Positions 30,056 to 39,420 of a DNA stretch of 64,000 nucleotides are shown here, piece after piece. Every line of letters starts with the position of its first letter. The stretch's first letter is position 1. The notes beneath the pieces were generated by a model that was given only the letters and a program-made list of their open reading frames with translations, searched no databases and was not told the DNA's origin. Origin of the DNA: a bacterium (GTDB lineage: Bacteria; Patescibacteriota; Minisyncoccia; Phycocordibacterales; UBA2100); the NCBI GenBank assembly GCA_030674455.1, contig JAUSGQ010000006.1, positions 15,654 to 79,653 of the forward strand, read 5' to 3'. Made by a program: the position numbers and the translations under genes.

Positions 30056-31543
30056 ATGAAAACTATAAACACGTTTGTCGCGATAGCTTTATTTGCGTTT
30101 GGTGCGCCTTTTTTTGCGTTTGCCGATGATAACGTCGGTGACGGCAATGTAATTCCGCCTCCGGGTTATACGGATTATATTCCTACTCCCGGCTATACAG
30201 ACTACATTCCGACCCCGGGATACACGGATTATGTTCCATCGTACGGCTCTCAAGCCTACGATGTCTACGACGTTTACGGAACTTCTCCGACTTACGACTA
30301 CTACTCCACGTCTCCGAATTACTACGCTACCACTCCTAATTATTACTCTAGTCCAAGTTACTACAGTTCCACACCGACTTATTACCCGACGACTCCGGTA
30401 TATTCGTCTCCGGGTGTAGCTGCAGCTCCTATTTACTCTTACTCGCCTACGAATACGACAATAACAGAGACCACTTCAACTTGGGCTCCTTCGGAAGTTT
30501 ACACTTACGCGCCGACCTCAACGTGGGCGCCGACAGAAATATATTCTCCGAGCGAAATTTACACTTACTCGCCTACGACAGTTTCCAATTACTCTCCAAC
30601 AAGTATCTACGCTCCGAACGACAGCCACGATTACGCCCCGACTACGGTTACCACAGACAGCCACAACTACACCGGTCCGGTTACCATCTCGGTAGTCTCG
30701 CAAGCCCCAGCGCAAAGCCCTGTGCAATACGTTTCGGGAGGCGGAACGTACTTCAACAACTCTCCTTCGTACAACAATTCTCCCTCGTACTACAACACGC
30801 CGAGCTACTTCCCGCCGGCGCCTGCGCCTTCTTGCAGAATCGTTGCCAGCGGTGGATACGGCTCCGGCTACGGTAACAATGCAGTTGTACTCTCTTGGAC
30901 TTCTTCGAATGCCAACAGCGGATACATCTCTCCGCTCGTAGGCACTGTCGCTCCTTCCGGCTCGACGACTGTTTACCCGAACGCCAATACTCTCTACACG
31001 CTCACGGTTTCGGGCAATGGCGGAACTTCTTCCTGCCAAACGTATGCCGGTTACAGCAACTATGTTGCTCCTGCCGCTCCGGTCTACACAGCTCCGGTTG
31101 CGCAAGCGGCCGCAGTAGCTCCGTATGTCGCCCTCACGCAGATTCCTTACACGGGATTTGACTTCGGCACCTTCGGCAACGCCATGTACTGGCTCGTGCT
31201 TGCGGGATTCGCTGTCGCCGCTTCCTACCTTGTACTCTACTTCCGCGGTGGCGCATTCGCGCTCGTCGGCTCGATGTTGCGAGGAAAGAATTCTCGAGGA
31301 GACACCTCCCCCTTGGGGGTGAGGAGTCACCTCGGAAATGCCGGAAAGACCGCTGAATTCGCGACGTCACGAGTTTCCGAGGAGACACCTTCCCTGCCCG
31401 CCGAAGCTTCAGCGCAGGCAGGCAAAAGCGAAGGAGTCACCTCGAACCTCGGAACTTCTGCCCGTGGCACGAATGATTCAATGATTTCCGTCGGTTCAGT
31501 AGAGGGCGGAATGGGTCCGCGCATCGTAGTACTCCGCGCTTAA
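30056..31543 (+). CDS. Tyr/Pro/Thr/Ser-rich surface protein with LPXTG-like (IPYTG) sorting signal
   Basis: Signal peptide, PGYTDYIPT repeats, Ig-like domain, LTQIPYTG followed by TM; TTGACA-17-TATAAT promoter. Confidence 0.85.
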   Translation: MKTINTFVAIALFAFGAPFFAFADDNVGDGNVIPPPGYTDYIPTPGYTDYIPTPGYTDYVPSYGSQAYDVYDVYGTSPTYDYYSTSPNYYATTPNYYSSPSYYSSTPTYYPTTPVYSSPGVAAAPIYSYSPTNTTITETTSTWAPSEVYTYAPTSTWAPTEIYSPSEIYTYSPTTVSNYSPTSIYAPNDSHDYAPTTVTTDSHNYTGPVTISVVSQAPAQSPVQYVSGGGTYFNNSPSYNNSPSYYNTPSYFPPAPAPSCRIVASGGYGSGYGNNAVVLSWTSSNANSGYISPLVGTVAPSGSTTVYPNANTLYTLTVSGNGGTSSCQTYAGYSNYVAPAAPVYTAPVAQAAAVAPYVALTQIPYTGFDFGTFGNAMYWLVLAGFAVAASYLVLYFRGGAFALVGSMLRGKNSRGDTSPLGVRSHLGNAGKTAEFATSRVSEETPSLPAEASAQAGKSEGVTSNLGTSARGTNDSMISVGSVEGGMGPRIVVLRA

Positions 31544-31574
31544 CAGGTTGCCGCCGGGTCTATTGGTGTAGTGA

Positions 31575-31654
31575 ATAGACACCTGTAGACGGCCTATCGT
31601 TTGTGATAGGCACCTGTAGACGGCCTATCGTTCATGATAGACACCTGTAGACGG
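31575..31654. repeat. 31-bp tandem repeat of the CCGTCTACAGGTG element (reverse orientation)
   Basis: CACCTGTAGACGG at 31580, 31611 and 31642. Confidence 0.85.
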
Positions 31655-31740
31655 TCCGTGAGCTCCCCCTCCTTCGCCTCCTCCTTCGCATAAAGCTACG
31701 GAAGGACAAAGAAGGCTTCGGAGGGCAAAGAAAGCGAAAG

Positions 31741-31772
31741 CAACAAAAACCGCCTCAATGGCGGTTTTTGTT
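31741..31772. terminator. Bidirectional intrinsic terminator
   Basis: AAAAACCGCC-TCAAT-GGCGGTTTTT between convergent genes. Confidence 0.8.
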
Positions 31773-31783
31773 TTGTGGCTATA

Positions 31784-31993
31784 TCAATGTGAGAGTGCCT
31801 CTAATTTTGTCACTCGGACTTCCAGCTTGAGACGTTTATCAAGTCCATTTTCCACATCTTTCTTTATTTGAGTGAGGTCACGCGAGTGTTCGTCAAGTGT
31901 TACGTCCATTTTCTCGACTTTTTCTTTAATAAAAATAACAGTCTCAAGAATCGCCTCCACATTCTTTTCCATTTTTAAAGTCTTTGTAGCCAT
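31784..31993 (-). CDS. Small coiled-coil hypothetical protein
   Basis: 69-aa heptad pattern ending LEVRVTKLE. Confidence 0.65.
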   Translation of the reverse strand: MATKTLKMEKNVEAILETVIFIKEKVEKMDVTLDEHSRDLTQIKKDVENGLDKRLKLEVRVTKLEALSH

Positions 31994-32079
31994 ACTTACT
32001 TGGTTTCCGTAAGTTTATAACGCTTTAGAATTCGCGCAATAGGCTCGAAAGCGATTTCTAGCATTAGGCGCTAGTATTT

Positions 32080-32174
32080 CGTCTTTGCGAGTGCAGCGAA
32101 GCAATCTAGAGAAAACTACAAATCGGGAAATATGTATCGTCGCCCTAGATTGCTTCGCGTTGCTCGCAATGACG
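32080..32174. repeat. REP-like element GTCTTTGCGAG..GAAGCAATC..GATTGCTTCG..CTCGCAA(T/G)GAC; second copy 37590-37667
   Basis: Two homologous imperfect palindromes with different loops. Confidence 0.85.
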
Positions 32175-32267
32175 CCGTACACGCGTTACTGGCGACGTAG
32201 AGCGAGTGAGATGCGGAAGCTTAGCTTCCGCATCTCCGAGCCGAGGAGCCAGCAAACCGGAGCCGGT

Positions 32268-34118
32268 TTACAAAGCGCGCGATGAAATTTCCTGTTTGAG
32301 TTTATTTATAATTTCCTCAACGGAAAGAGCACCAATTTTTCCTTTGCTTCTGCTTTCCAGCGTCGCCGTTTTTGATTTTATTTCTGCATCGCCGACAACT
32401 AGCGTGTAGGGGACTTTCTCCAGTTTTGCATTCCGTATGCGTTTACCCAAGGTATCGTTCGAATCATCGAGCTCGACTCGGATGGCCGCGTCTCGAAGTT
32501 GTGTAAAAATCTCTTTCGCATAACTCGCCTGCTTTTCAGATATCGGAATGATTTTTGCCTGTACAGGCGCGAGCCAAAGAGGGAAGGCGCCCGCAAAGTG
32601 CTCTATTAGGAATCCTATTAGCCGCTCGTGCGTACTAAGCGGAGCGCGATGGATGCACAAAGGCGTTTTTTGTTTGCCATCTTTGTCGGTGTAAACGAGG
32701 CCGAAGCGGGCGGGAACTGCAAAATCAACCTGATTGGTCGCAAGCGTGAACTCGCGGCCGATAGCGCTCCATATCTCTACATCTATCTTCGGACCATAGA
32801 ACGCCGCCTCGTCCTCGGCCTCCGTGAATGGGACATTGAGCTCCGTGAGGCATCGCCGCACCATTTCCTCCGTCTTGAGCCAAAGCTTCGGCTCATTGAT
32901 GTATTTCTTTCCGAGATTCTCCGGCGCGTGCCGAGATAGGCGCATCACGTATTTTTGTATTCCGAATATCTTGAAGTAGGAGAGGTAAAGCTCCGTGACT
33001 TTCCGGAACTCGTCGGCGAATTGTTCCTCGCTGCAGTAGATGTGCGCGTCGTTCATCTGCATCGAGCGCACGCGCATGAGGCCGAAGAGCTCGCCGGATT
33101 TTTCATAGCGGTAGCACGTGCCGTACTCCGCGAGGCGCACGGGCATGTCGCGCCAGCTTTTTGGGCGCGCCGCGAATATCTTGTGATGATGCGGGCAGTT
33201 CATCGCTTTCAAATAGTAGTTCACGCCCTCGCACTTCATCGGCGGGTACATGCTGTCTTTGTAATAGGGGAGGTGGCCGCTCGTCGTGTATAGGCTTTCC
33301 TTGGCGATGTGCGGCGTACGGACGCGAAGATAACCGCTCTTATCCTCCATTTCTTTCGCGAGTTTTTCCAACTCGTCTATCATGGCAGCGCCGTTGGGAA
33401 GCCACAGCGGAAGTCCCGGACCGACATCATCATCAAACGTGAAGATACCAAGCACGGTCCCGAGCTTGCGATGGTCGCGCTTCTCGGCTTCCTCGCGCGC
33501 TTCCAAAAATGTTTGGAGCTCCTCTTTTGAAGCAAAAGCGAGGCCGTAGATCCGCGTGAGCATCTTGTTCTTTTCGTCGCCGCGCCAGTAGGCGCCCGCG
33601 ATGCGGTCGAGTTTGAAGGAATCAGGCGCAATATCGCGTGACGGGTTTTCCGCATGGCCACCGCGGCACAGGTCGGTAAAGCTATGTGCATCCGAAGATG
33701 TACCCTTTAAAGATTTCTTGTAGCTCGCAGGCGGGCACGTGTAGAAAGTTATTTTTGTTCCGGCTTTCTGCAAGTCTTTTATCAGCTCAAGCTTGTACGG
33801 ATTGCCTTTGAAATACGCGCTCGCGCTGCGCGCCGAAACCTCTTCTCTATCAAAACCGGTCCACGCGCGGAGCATCTCGCGCATCGTCTTTTCCAGCTTA
33901 GGCAGATCCTGCGTGCTCGGCGCTTCGCCTTTAGGAAATTCAAAATCGTAGTAAAAGCCGTCGTCTATCGCGGGTCCGATAGAGGGTTTTGCTTTCGGGT
34001 AGTGCTTCTTTACTGCGGCGGCAAGCAGGTGCGCGAGGGTGTGCCGTACGTTCCCAATGTTGTCGGCCAACCCATTAGAAATCGGTGGTGCATCTTTAGG
34101 ATCGGAGTGTTTGCTCAT
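32268..34118 (-). CDS. thrS: Threonine--tRNA ligase (no N-terminal TGS domain)
   Basis: RHTLAH, DLCRGGH, AYWRGD, RDHRKLG, MNCPHH, AFYGPK, IHRA; original start possibly the TTG at 34070. Confidence 0.97.
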   Translation of the reverse strand: MSKHSDPKDAPPISNGLADNIGNVRHTLAHLLAAAVKKHYPKAKPSIGPAIDDGFYYDFEFPKGEAPSTQDLPKLEKTMREMLRAWTGFDREEVSARSASAYFKGNPYKLELIKDLQKAGTKITFYTCPPASYKKSLKGTSSDAHSFTDLCRGGHAENPSRDIAPDSFKLDRIAGAYWRGDEKNKMLTRIYGLAFASKEELQTFLEAREEAEKRDHRKLGTVLGIFTFDDDVGPGLPLWLPNGAAMIDELEKLAKEMEDKSGYLRVRTPHIAKESLYTTSGHLPYYKDSMYPPMKCEGVNYYLKAMNCPHHHKIFAARPKSWRDMPVRLAEYGTCYRYEKSGELFGLMRVRSMQMNDAHIYCSEEQFADEFRKVTELYLSYFKIFGIQKYVMRLSRHAPENLGKKYINEPKLWLKTEEMVRRCLTELNVPFTEAEDEAAFYGPKIDVEIWSAIGREFTLATNQVDFAVPARFGLVYTDKDGKQKTPLCIHRAPLSTHERLIGFLIEHFAGAFPLWLAPVQAKIIPISEKQASYAKEIFTQLRDAAIRVELDDSNDTLGKRIRNAKLEKVPYTLVVGDAEIKSKTATLESRSKGKIGALSVEEIINKLKQEISSRAL

Positions 34119-34174
34119 ATTTTCTTATCTGTCGGCAATCTGATGATTTTGTAATTTTCGCATTTCTAACGGGG
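34071..34174. mobile_element. Short TIR element CCCRTTAGAAAT..ATTTCTAAYGGG at the 5' end of thrS
   Basis: TIRs related to the 227-bp element; TTG flanks both ends on the minus strand. Confidence 0.65.
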
Positions 34175-34213
34175 CAAGTATTTTTAAACAGAATAACGTA
34201 CCTAGGCTATTTC

Positions 34214-37200
34214 TCAAAGCGCCTTAGCCTTTTCCACCACGAAGCTGGACTCTCCGTTGCGCAATGAGAATTTGCCTTTCAGCATGACGCATGTACCGGC
34301 GATTATGCTCGGTTCGTTTTCTTTGAGCGTGCGAGGGAAAAGGACTATTTCAACGCTTCCCGAATAATCAGAGAGGCGGCCGAATGCCATGCGCTCGCCG
34401 TTCTTGGTCAGAATGTACTGGAGATTCTCGAGCAGTCCTGCGATGACAGTTTCTGTTCCTTTGGGGAACGTTTCTTTCGCGACGCCGATGGCCATCTTTT
34501 GTTTCGCCAGTTTTTCTTTATGCGCGTCCAAAGGATGGCCTGATACGTACAATCCGAGAAGTTCCTTCTCCCAGGTTAGCCGCTGTGTCATTGTGGCGGG
34601 CGGTGCAGGTTTAAGGGAGAGCTTTGCCGGAAAGAACGCACCTCCGCCGGAGGCGGATCCGCCTCCGGCGGAGAATAGGGAACTCTGATTAGTCGGAATG
34701 TCGGTATGTTCTTTGTGAAAGCTCAAAAGTAGGTCGATGTTCGCGAGAAGCTGTCCGCGGGTGTCCGCATCAGAGGTGACTCCTCCTTTGGAGGTGTCTC
34801 CTCGGATGCTGGAGGAGTCACCTCGGGCTAGTTCGTCCAATGCTCCGCATTTAATAAGAGACTCGAGAGATTTTTTATTTAAGTTTTTGTCCGGAACTCT
34901 GCTTAAGAAATCTCCAACGTCGGTAAACTTCTTTCCTTTCTCCATTGCTATCATTATGGAGTCGGCGACACCCGTGCCGAAATTCTTTATCGAGTATAAG
35001 CCAAATCTAATGCTCTTGTCGTCCACTACCGTAAAATTTCCCTGGCTCTCGTTGACGGACGGCGGAAGAATCTTCAATCCCATGCGCGCGCATTCCGCGA
35101 CGACGATAGCCACTTTATCCACATCGCCTGCGTCCGCGGTAAGGACAGAAGCCATGTAGTCGACAGGGAAATTAGCCTTCATGTAAGCCGTTTTATAGGC
35201 TAAGTTACCGTAAGATGCCGCGTGCGCTTTGTTGAAACCATACGCGGCAAAAGTCTCGATTTGTTCCCAGAGTTTCTGGACGAGTGCCTCTTTCATTCCA
35301 TGTTTCAAGCAACCGCGAGTAAATTTCTCTTTTTGCGCGCGCATCTCAACAGGGATTTTCTTTCCCATTGCTTTACGGAACTTATCGGCTTCAAGCCACG
35401 TATAACCTGCGATTTTAGTTGCAATTTCCAAGACATCGTCCTGATATGTGATAACTCCATACGAATTTTTTAGAATCGTTTCCATGCGCGGGTCCAAATA
35501 TTCCACCTGCTCCGGATGCTTCTTGCGCTCGATGTAATTGGGGATGAATGCCATGGGGCCCGGCCGATAGAGCGCGACCATCGCGTTGATGTCGTGAATG
35601 CTTGTGGGCTCGAGATTGATGAGGTGGCTCGTCATGCCTGCGCTCGCGAGCTGGAACACGCCGAGTGTTTCTCCGCGCCCGAGCATCTCGAACGTTTTTT
35701 TGTCGTCGAGCGGTAGGCGGTCAAGATCGATTTTTATTTGCAAACGCTTTTCCACGCGCACGATTGAATCCGCAAGAACGGAAAGGTTCGTGAGTCCCAA
35801 GAAGTCGAATTTCAGAAGCCCCGCGTCTTCCACCGCATACATATCGTATTGCGTTATTTTCTTTCCTCCTTTCGGGTCGAGTTGCACGGGGACGTAATCG
35901 GTGACCGGCCCCGGCGCAATGACGACGCCCGCGGCGTGAACGCCCATGTGCCGCGCGTTTCCCTCGACTTTTTTGGACAGGTTGATAATTTCCCGCGCAT
36001 CCGGGTCGCGCTTGTACATTTCTTTAAGCTCCGGAACTTCCTCGAGCGCGCCGTCTATGGTGACGGGGAATCCCTGCTTGCCGAACGGTATCAGCTTCGC
36101 GATGGTGTCGCCCGTGCCGTATGCGTGGCCGAGCGCGCGGGAGACATCGCGCACCGCCGCGCGCGCCATCATGGTGCCGAACGTCCCTATTTGCGCAACA
36201 TGGTTTTCTCCGTACTTTTCGCGCACGTAATCAATGAGCTCGTCGCGCCGGTTGTCCGCGAGGTCCATATCGATATCGGGCGGGGATGGGCGCTCGGGGT
36301 TTAGGAATCGTTCAAAGGGAAGCTGATACTCTATCGGGTTCACCGTGGTAATGCCCGAAAGATACGAAACAAGCGAGCCGGCAGCCGACCCCCTCGTGTT
36401 GGTAAGAATTCCTTTTTCTCGCGCGTGCCGCAAAAGGTCTGCGACCACGAGAAAGTACGGAGAATAGCCTTTCTCCTCAATGACCGAAAGTTCGTACTCC
36501 ACGCGTTTCTTGTTTTTTTCCGTTTCTGACATTCCACGTTCCTTGAATCCCGCGTATGCCATTTCGCGTAGAACATCGTTGTGGGATGTACCTTTGGGAA
36601 CCGGAAATTCAGGGAATACCCACGTGCCGAGCTTCAGTTCGAGGTTGCAGGCCTCGGCGATATTAACGGAATTCGCAAGCGCTTCGGGATATTTTGCAAA
36701 AATCTCCATCGCTTTCGCGCGCGTCATGAATGAAAAATCGGGCGCATTTTCTGCGAAGTCGCGGTTCAAGACGCTCGCCGAACGGATTTTATCCACGAGC
36801 TCGCGCGCAAGCGCGTCCTCCTTTTCCATGTAGTAGACCTCCTGCGAGGCGACTAGGCCGATGCCCGATTCCCGCGCAAGCGAAGCGATACTTTTCATCA
36901 ATTTCTCGTGCCCTTCGATTTCCGGATGATGCGTGATCTCTGCGTAACATCCGCCGGCGGGCGGAGAGCCGAAAACGGAAACATGCCAGCGCGCGGAATC
37001 CTTTGCCCGCTCTATCGCTTTATCTTTGAGCGCGCGGGAATGCTCGCCGTCTTGCGCCGGCAAAATCGCTATCAAACCCTCGCGATGCATTTCAATAAGC
37101 TCGCGGTCAACGCGGGGACGCACAAAGAATCCTTCCAGATGCGATTTTGTGACAAGTTGTATGAGATTGCGATATCCCTCTTTATTCTTTGCCAATAGAA

Positions 37201-37471
37201 CGAGGCGTGTCGGCGAATCGTCAACGCGATGTTCTTTGTCGCGCATCGTGCGCGTCGCGACAAAGAAATCGACGCCGATTATCGGCTTTATTCCTTTCCC
37301 CTTGCATTCTTTGTAGAACTCAATCGCTCCATAAAGATTTCCGTTATCGGTTAGCGCGAGTACTCGTTGTCCGTCGGCAGCGGCAGCATCAACAAGAGTG
37401 GGAATTTGAGGCAGAGCCTCGAGAAGCGAATAATGAGAATGCGTATGCAGGTTAACGAAATCGGGTTCCAT
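34214..37471 (-). CDS. dnaE: DNA polymerase III alpha subunit
   Basis: PHP domain HTHSHYSLL, RGSAAGS, FERFLNPER.SPPDIDMD, YGFNKAH, C-terminal OB fold. Confidence 0.98.
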   Translation of the reverse strand: MEPDFVNLHTHSHYSLLEALPQIPTLVDAAAADGQRVLALTDNGNLYGAIEFYKECKGKGIKPIIGVDFFVATRTMRDKEHRVDDSPTRLVLLAKNKEGYRNLIQLVTKSHLEGFFVRPRVDRELIEMHREGLIAILPAQDGEHSRALKDKAIERAKDSARWHVSVFGSPPAGGCYAEITHHPEIEGHEKLMKSIASLARESGIGLVASQEVYYMEKEDALARELVDKIRSASVLNRDFAENAPDFSFMTRAKAMEIFAKYPEALANSVNIAEACNLELKLGTWVFPEFPVPKGTSHNDVLREMAYAGFKERGMSETEKNKKRVEYELSVIEEKGYSPYFLVVADLLRHAREKGILTNTRGSAAGSLVSYLSGITTVNPIEYQLPFERFLNPERPSPPDIDMDLADNRRDELIDYVREKYGENHVAQIGTFGTMMARAAVRDVSRALGHAYGTGDTIAKLIPFGKQGFPVTIDGALEEVPELKEMYKRDPDAREIINLSKKVEGNARHMGVHAAGVVIAPGPVTDYVPVQLDPKGGKKITQYDMYAVEDAGLLKFDFLGLTNLSVLADSIVRVEKRLQIKIDLDRLPLDDKKTFEMLGRGETLGVFQLASAGMTSHLINLEPTSIHDINAMVALYRPGPMAFIPNYIERKKHPEQVEYLDPRMETILKNSYGVITYQDDVLEIATKIAGYTWLEADKFRKAMGKKIPVEMRAQKEKFTRGCLKHGMKEALVQKLWEQIETFAAYGFNKAHAASYGNLAYKTAYMKANFPVDYMASVLTADAGDVDKVAIVVAECARMGLKILPPSVNESQGNFTVVDDKSIRFGLYSIKNFGTGVADSIMIAMEKGKKFTDVGDFLSRVPDKNLNKKSLESLIKCGALDELARGDSSSIRGDTSKGGVTSDADTRGQLLANIDLLLSFHKEHTDIPTNQSSLFSAGGGSASGGGAFFPAKLSLKPAPPATMTQRLTWEKELLGLYVSGHPLDAHKEKLAKQKMAIGVAKETFPKGTETVIAGLLENLQYILTKNGERMAFGRLSDYSGSVEIVLFPRTLKENEPSIIAGTCVMLKGKFSLRNGESSFVVEKAKAL

Positions 37472-37721
37472 AAAAGATAGTATTTAGTATGCGGTATTTT
37501 GTATTCGGTAGGACCTACACAAGGAGATCAAAAGACAGTGTAAAACCGAGCTTTTCGTCTACAGATGCCGATGCATACTTCATCGGCCAGTCTTTGCGAG
37601 CGAAGCGAAGCAATCCAGGAACTACGGCTCCAACCCTAGATTGCTTCGGCAAAGCCTCGCAAGGACGATTCAGATGTTGCGTAAGTCCTATTCGGTGTAA
37701 ATGCATACGGTATACGGAATA

Positions 37722-38285
37722 CTATATACTGAATACTTTTTTCTGCCTCAGGTGCACGAAGCCGGTAAGCGCGCTGAAGGCGAAAGCGAACGTGGGAAAC
37801 AAGCTTTGCGCTAAAGTCCATGTGCCGCCCGCGAATATATTGGCCGCCGCCCCAAACGCGTTCACGAACCACATCCACGATTGTTTTCGTTCGGGTACTT
37901 GATACCCGCGCACAACGCTCGGAATTCCGGCTGTGTATTTTCCAATGGTGAGAAGAACGAGAGCGGTAAGCGGTCCGCCAAAGTACCACCCTATGAGCGA
38001 AACTGCTGCGATTGCCGTACACGCCGTTTCGAGAAAGCCCCATCCCCATGTACCTTTAAATAGAAGAGCCAGTGCAACGAGCGTCGCCCCTACAAGGAAT
38101 CCCATAGGAAGATAGGGAGCGGGCGCGCCCGCATATATTGAGGCCGCGAGAATGCACGCGTCAATGAGTGCCCACATGACCCATGTGGCCAGATTGAGGT
38201 GCATCGTGCCGTTCAAGATGCCGCGGATCCAGACGAGGTGTCCTAAAATAGCGGCTATTCCACCGGCAATAGCAAGAGTCTGCAT
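37722..38285 (-). CDS. Membrane protein (PQ-loop-like)
   Basis: About 6-7 TM helices, NLATWVMW, GIPSVVRGYQVPERK. Confidence 0.7.
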   Translation of the reverse strand: MQTLAIAGGIAAILGHLVWIRGILNGTMHLNLATWVMWALIDACILAASIYAGAPAPYLPMGFLVGATLVALALLFKGTWGWGFLETACTAIAAVSLIGWYFGGPLTALVLLTIGKYTAGIPSVVRGYQVPERKQSWMWFVNAFGAAANIFAGGTWTLAQSLFPTFAFAFSALTGFVHLRQKKVFSI

Positions 38286-38308
38286 TCTGAAATGGTAGCA
38301 TATATAGA

Positions 38309-38917
38309 ATGGGTGAATTTATCGTAGGAATAGACGAGGTGGGAAGAGGTCCGCTCGCGGGACCGGTTTTTGTCGGCGCAGTGGCAGTTACGCGCGATTT
38401 TGACTGGCAGTCTATTAAAGGGGTGCGGGATTCCAAGAAGCTATCACCGCAGCAAAGAAAAGATTGGTACTTGAAGATTGATTCCTTGCGCAACTCGGGA
38501 GAGCTCAATTTCGTCGTTCGGTCATCTCCCTCGGAAATGATAGATGCGCACGGCATTGTCTATTCCATTCAATCGGCATTAGACGCCTGCCTTCTGGGTC
38601 TTGGAGCTGAACCCGGAACATGCGAGATTCGCTTGGACGGCACCTTGCACGCGCCGGAGCATTTTCCGTTTCAACAGACTATTATTCATGGCGATGATAT
38701 AGAACCGATAATTTCAATGGCATCTATCGTTGCGAAAGTGGAGCGTGATTTTTTGATGGGCGAGTTTGCCATCAAATATCCGAAGTACGGATTTGAATCA
38801 CACAAGGGATATGGCACGCCAGCGCACTGCGCGCTCATCAAAAAGCACGGTCTCTGTGTATTGCATAGGAAGTCGTTTTGCACCCGCCTTGAAATAAAAG
38901 TATCAAGTTTCAAGTAA
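38309..38917 (+). CDS. rnhB: Ribonuclease HII
   Basis: GIDEVGRGPLAGPV, DSKKL, ASIVAKV.RD, HKGYGT, HRKSF. Confidence 0.97.
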   Translation: MGEFIVGIDEVGRGPLAGPVFVGAVAVTRDFDWQSIKGVRDSKKLSPQQRKDWYLKIDSLRNSGELNFVVRSSPSEMIDAHGIVYSIQSALDACLLGLGAEPGTCEIRLDGTLHAPEHFPFQQTIIHGDDIEPIISMASIVAKVERDFLMGEFAIKYPKYGFESHKGYGTPAHCALIKKHGLCVLHRKSFCTRLEIKVSSFK

Positions 38918-39003
38918 CAAGTATCAAGTGTTTAAGTAGCAAAAAGCATTTACTTGATACCTGATACTTGCTACCTGATACTTCCGCCAGTATACTGGCG
39001 GTT

Positions 39004-39273
39004 ATGGTTGTACGAATGCGGGCAAACCGCTCAAAGACAGGAATGCGCCGCAGCCATGCCGCAATTTCCGGTACGCGCCTTTCGAGATGCGAGTGCGGGG
39101 CAAACAGGATTCCTCATCGCGCCTGCGCCGCTTGCGGAAAATACAACGGCAACGTGATTATTGATATTGTCGCCAGAACCGAGCGCGAACAGCGCCGGAC
39201 CAAGCGACACGAAAAAGAATTAAAAGAATCCGGAAAGGATGTTAAAGAAAAAGAAACGTCCGAAAAAACTTAG
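39004..39273 (+). CDS. rpmF: 50S ribosomal protein L32
   Basis: MVVRMR..RRSH..CECG..PHRACAACGKYNG. Confidence 0.92.
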   Translation: MVVRMRANRSKTGMRRSHAAISGTRLSRCECGANRIPHRACAACGKYNGNVIIDIVARTEREQRRTKRHEKELKESGKDVKEKETSEKT

Positions 39274-39420
39274 AGTAACGTAGGTTTTTCTGCTCTTTCA
39301 TGAAAATAATGAGCGCCAGCAAATATATTTTCTTGACCCAGCACCTTTGTTCAAAGGTGCTGGGTGTAAGAAATTCTAACCTCATGCTCACTACATTCGC
39401 ATTGGGTAACAATTTCTAAC

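Noticed and set aside
30518-31330. Long antisense ORFs (also 1235-1945, 23706-24413, 54277-54990, 13835-14497)
   Set aside because: Shadow frames of well-supported genes with no recognisable motifs
31575-31654. Possible CRISPR mini-array
   Set aside because: Period is 31 bp with near-identical intervening sequence; no unique spacers and no cas genes
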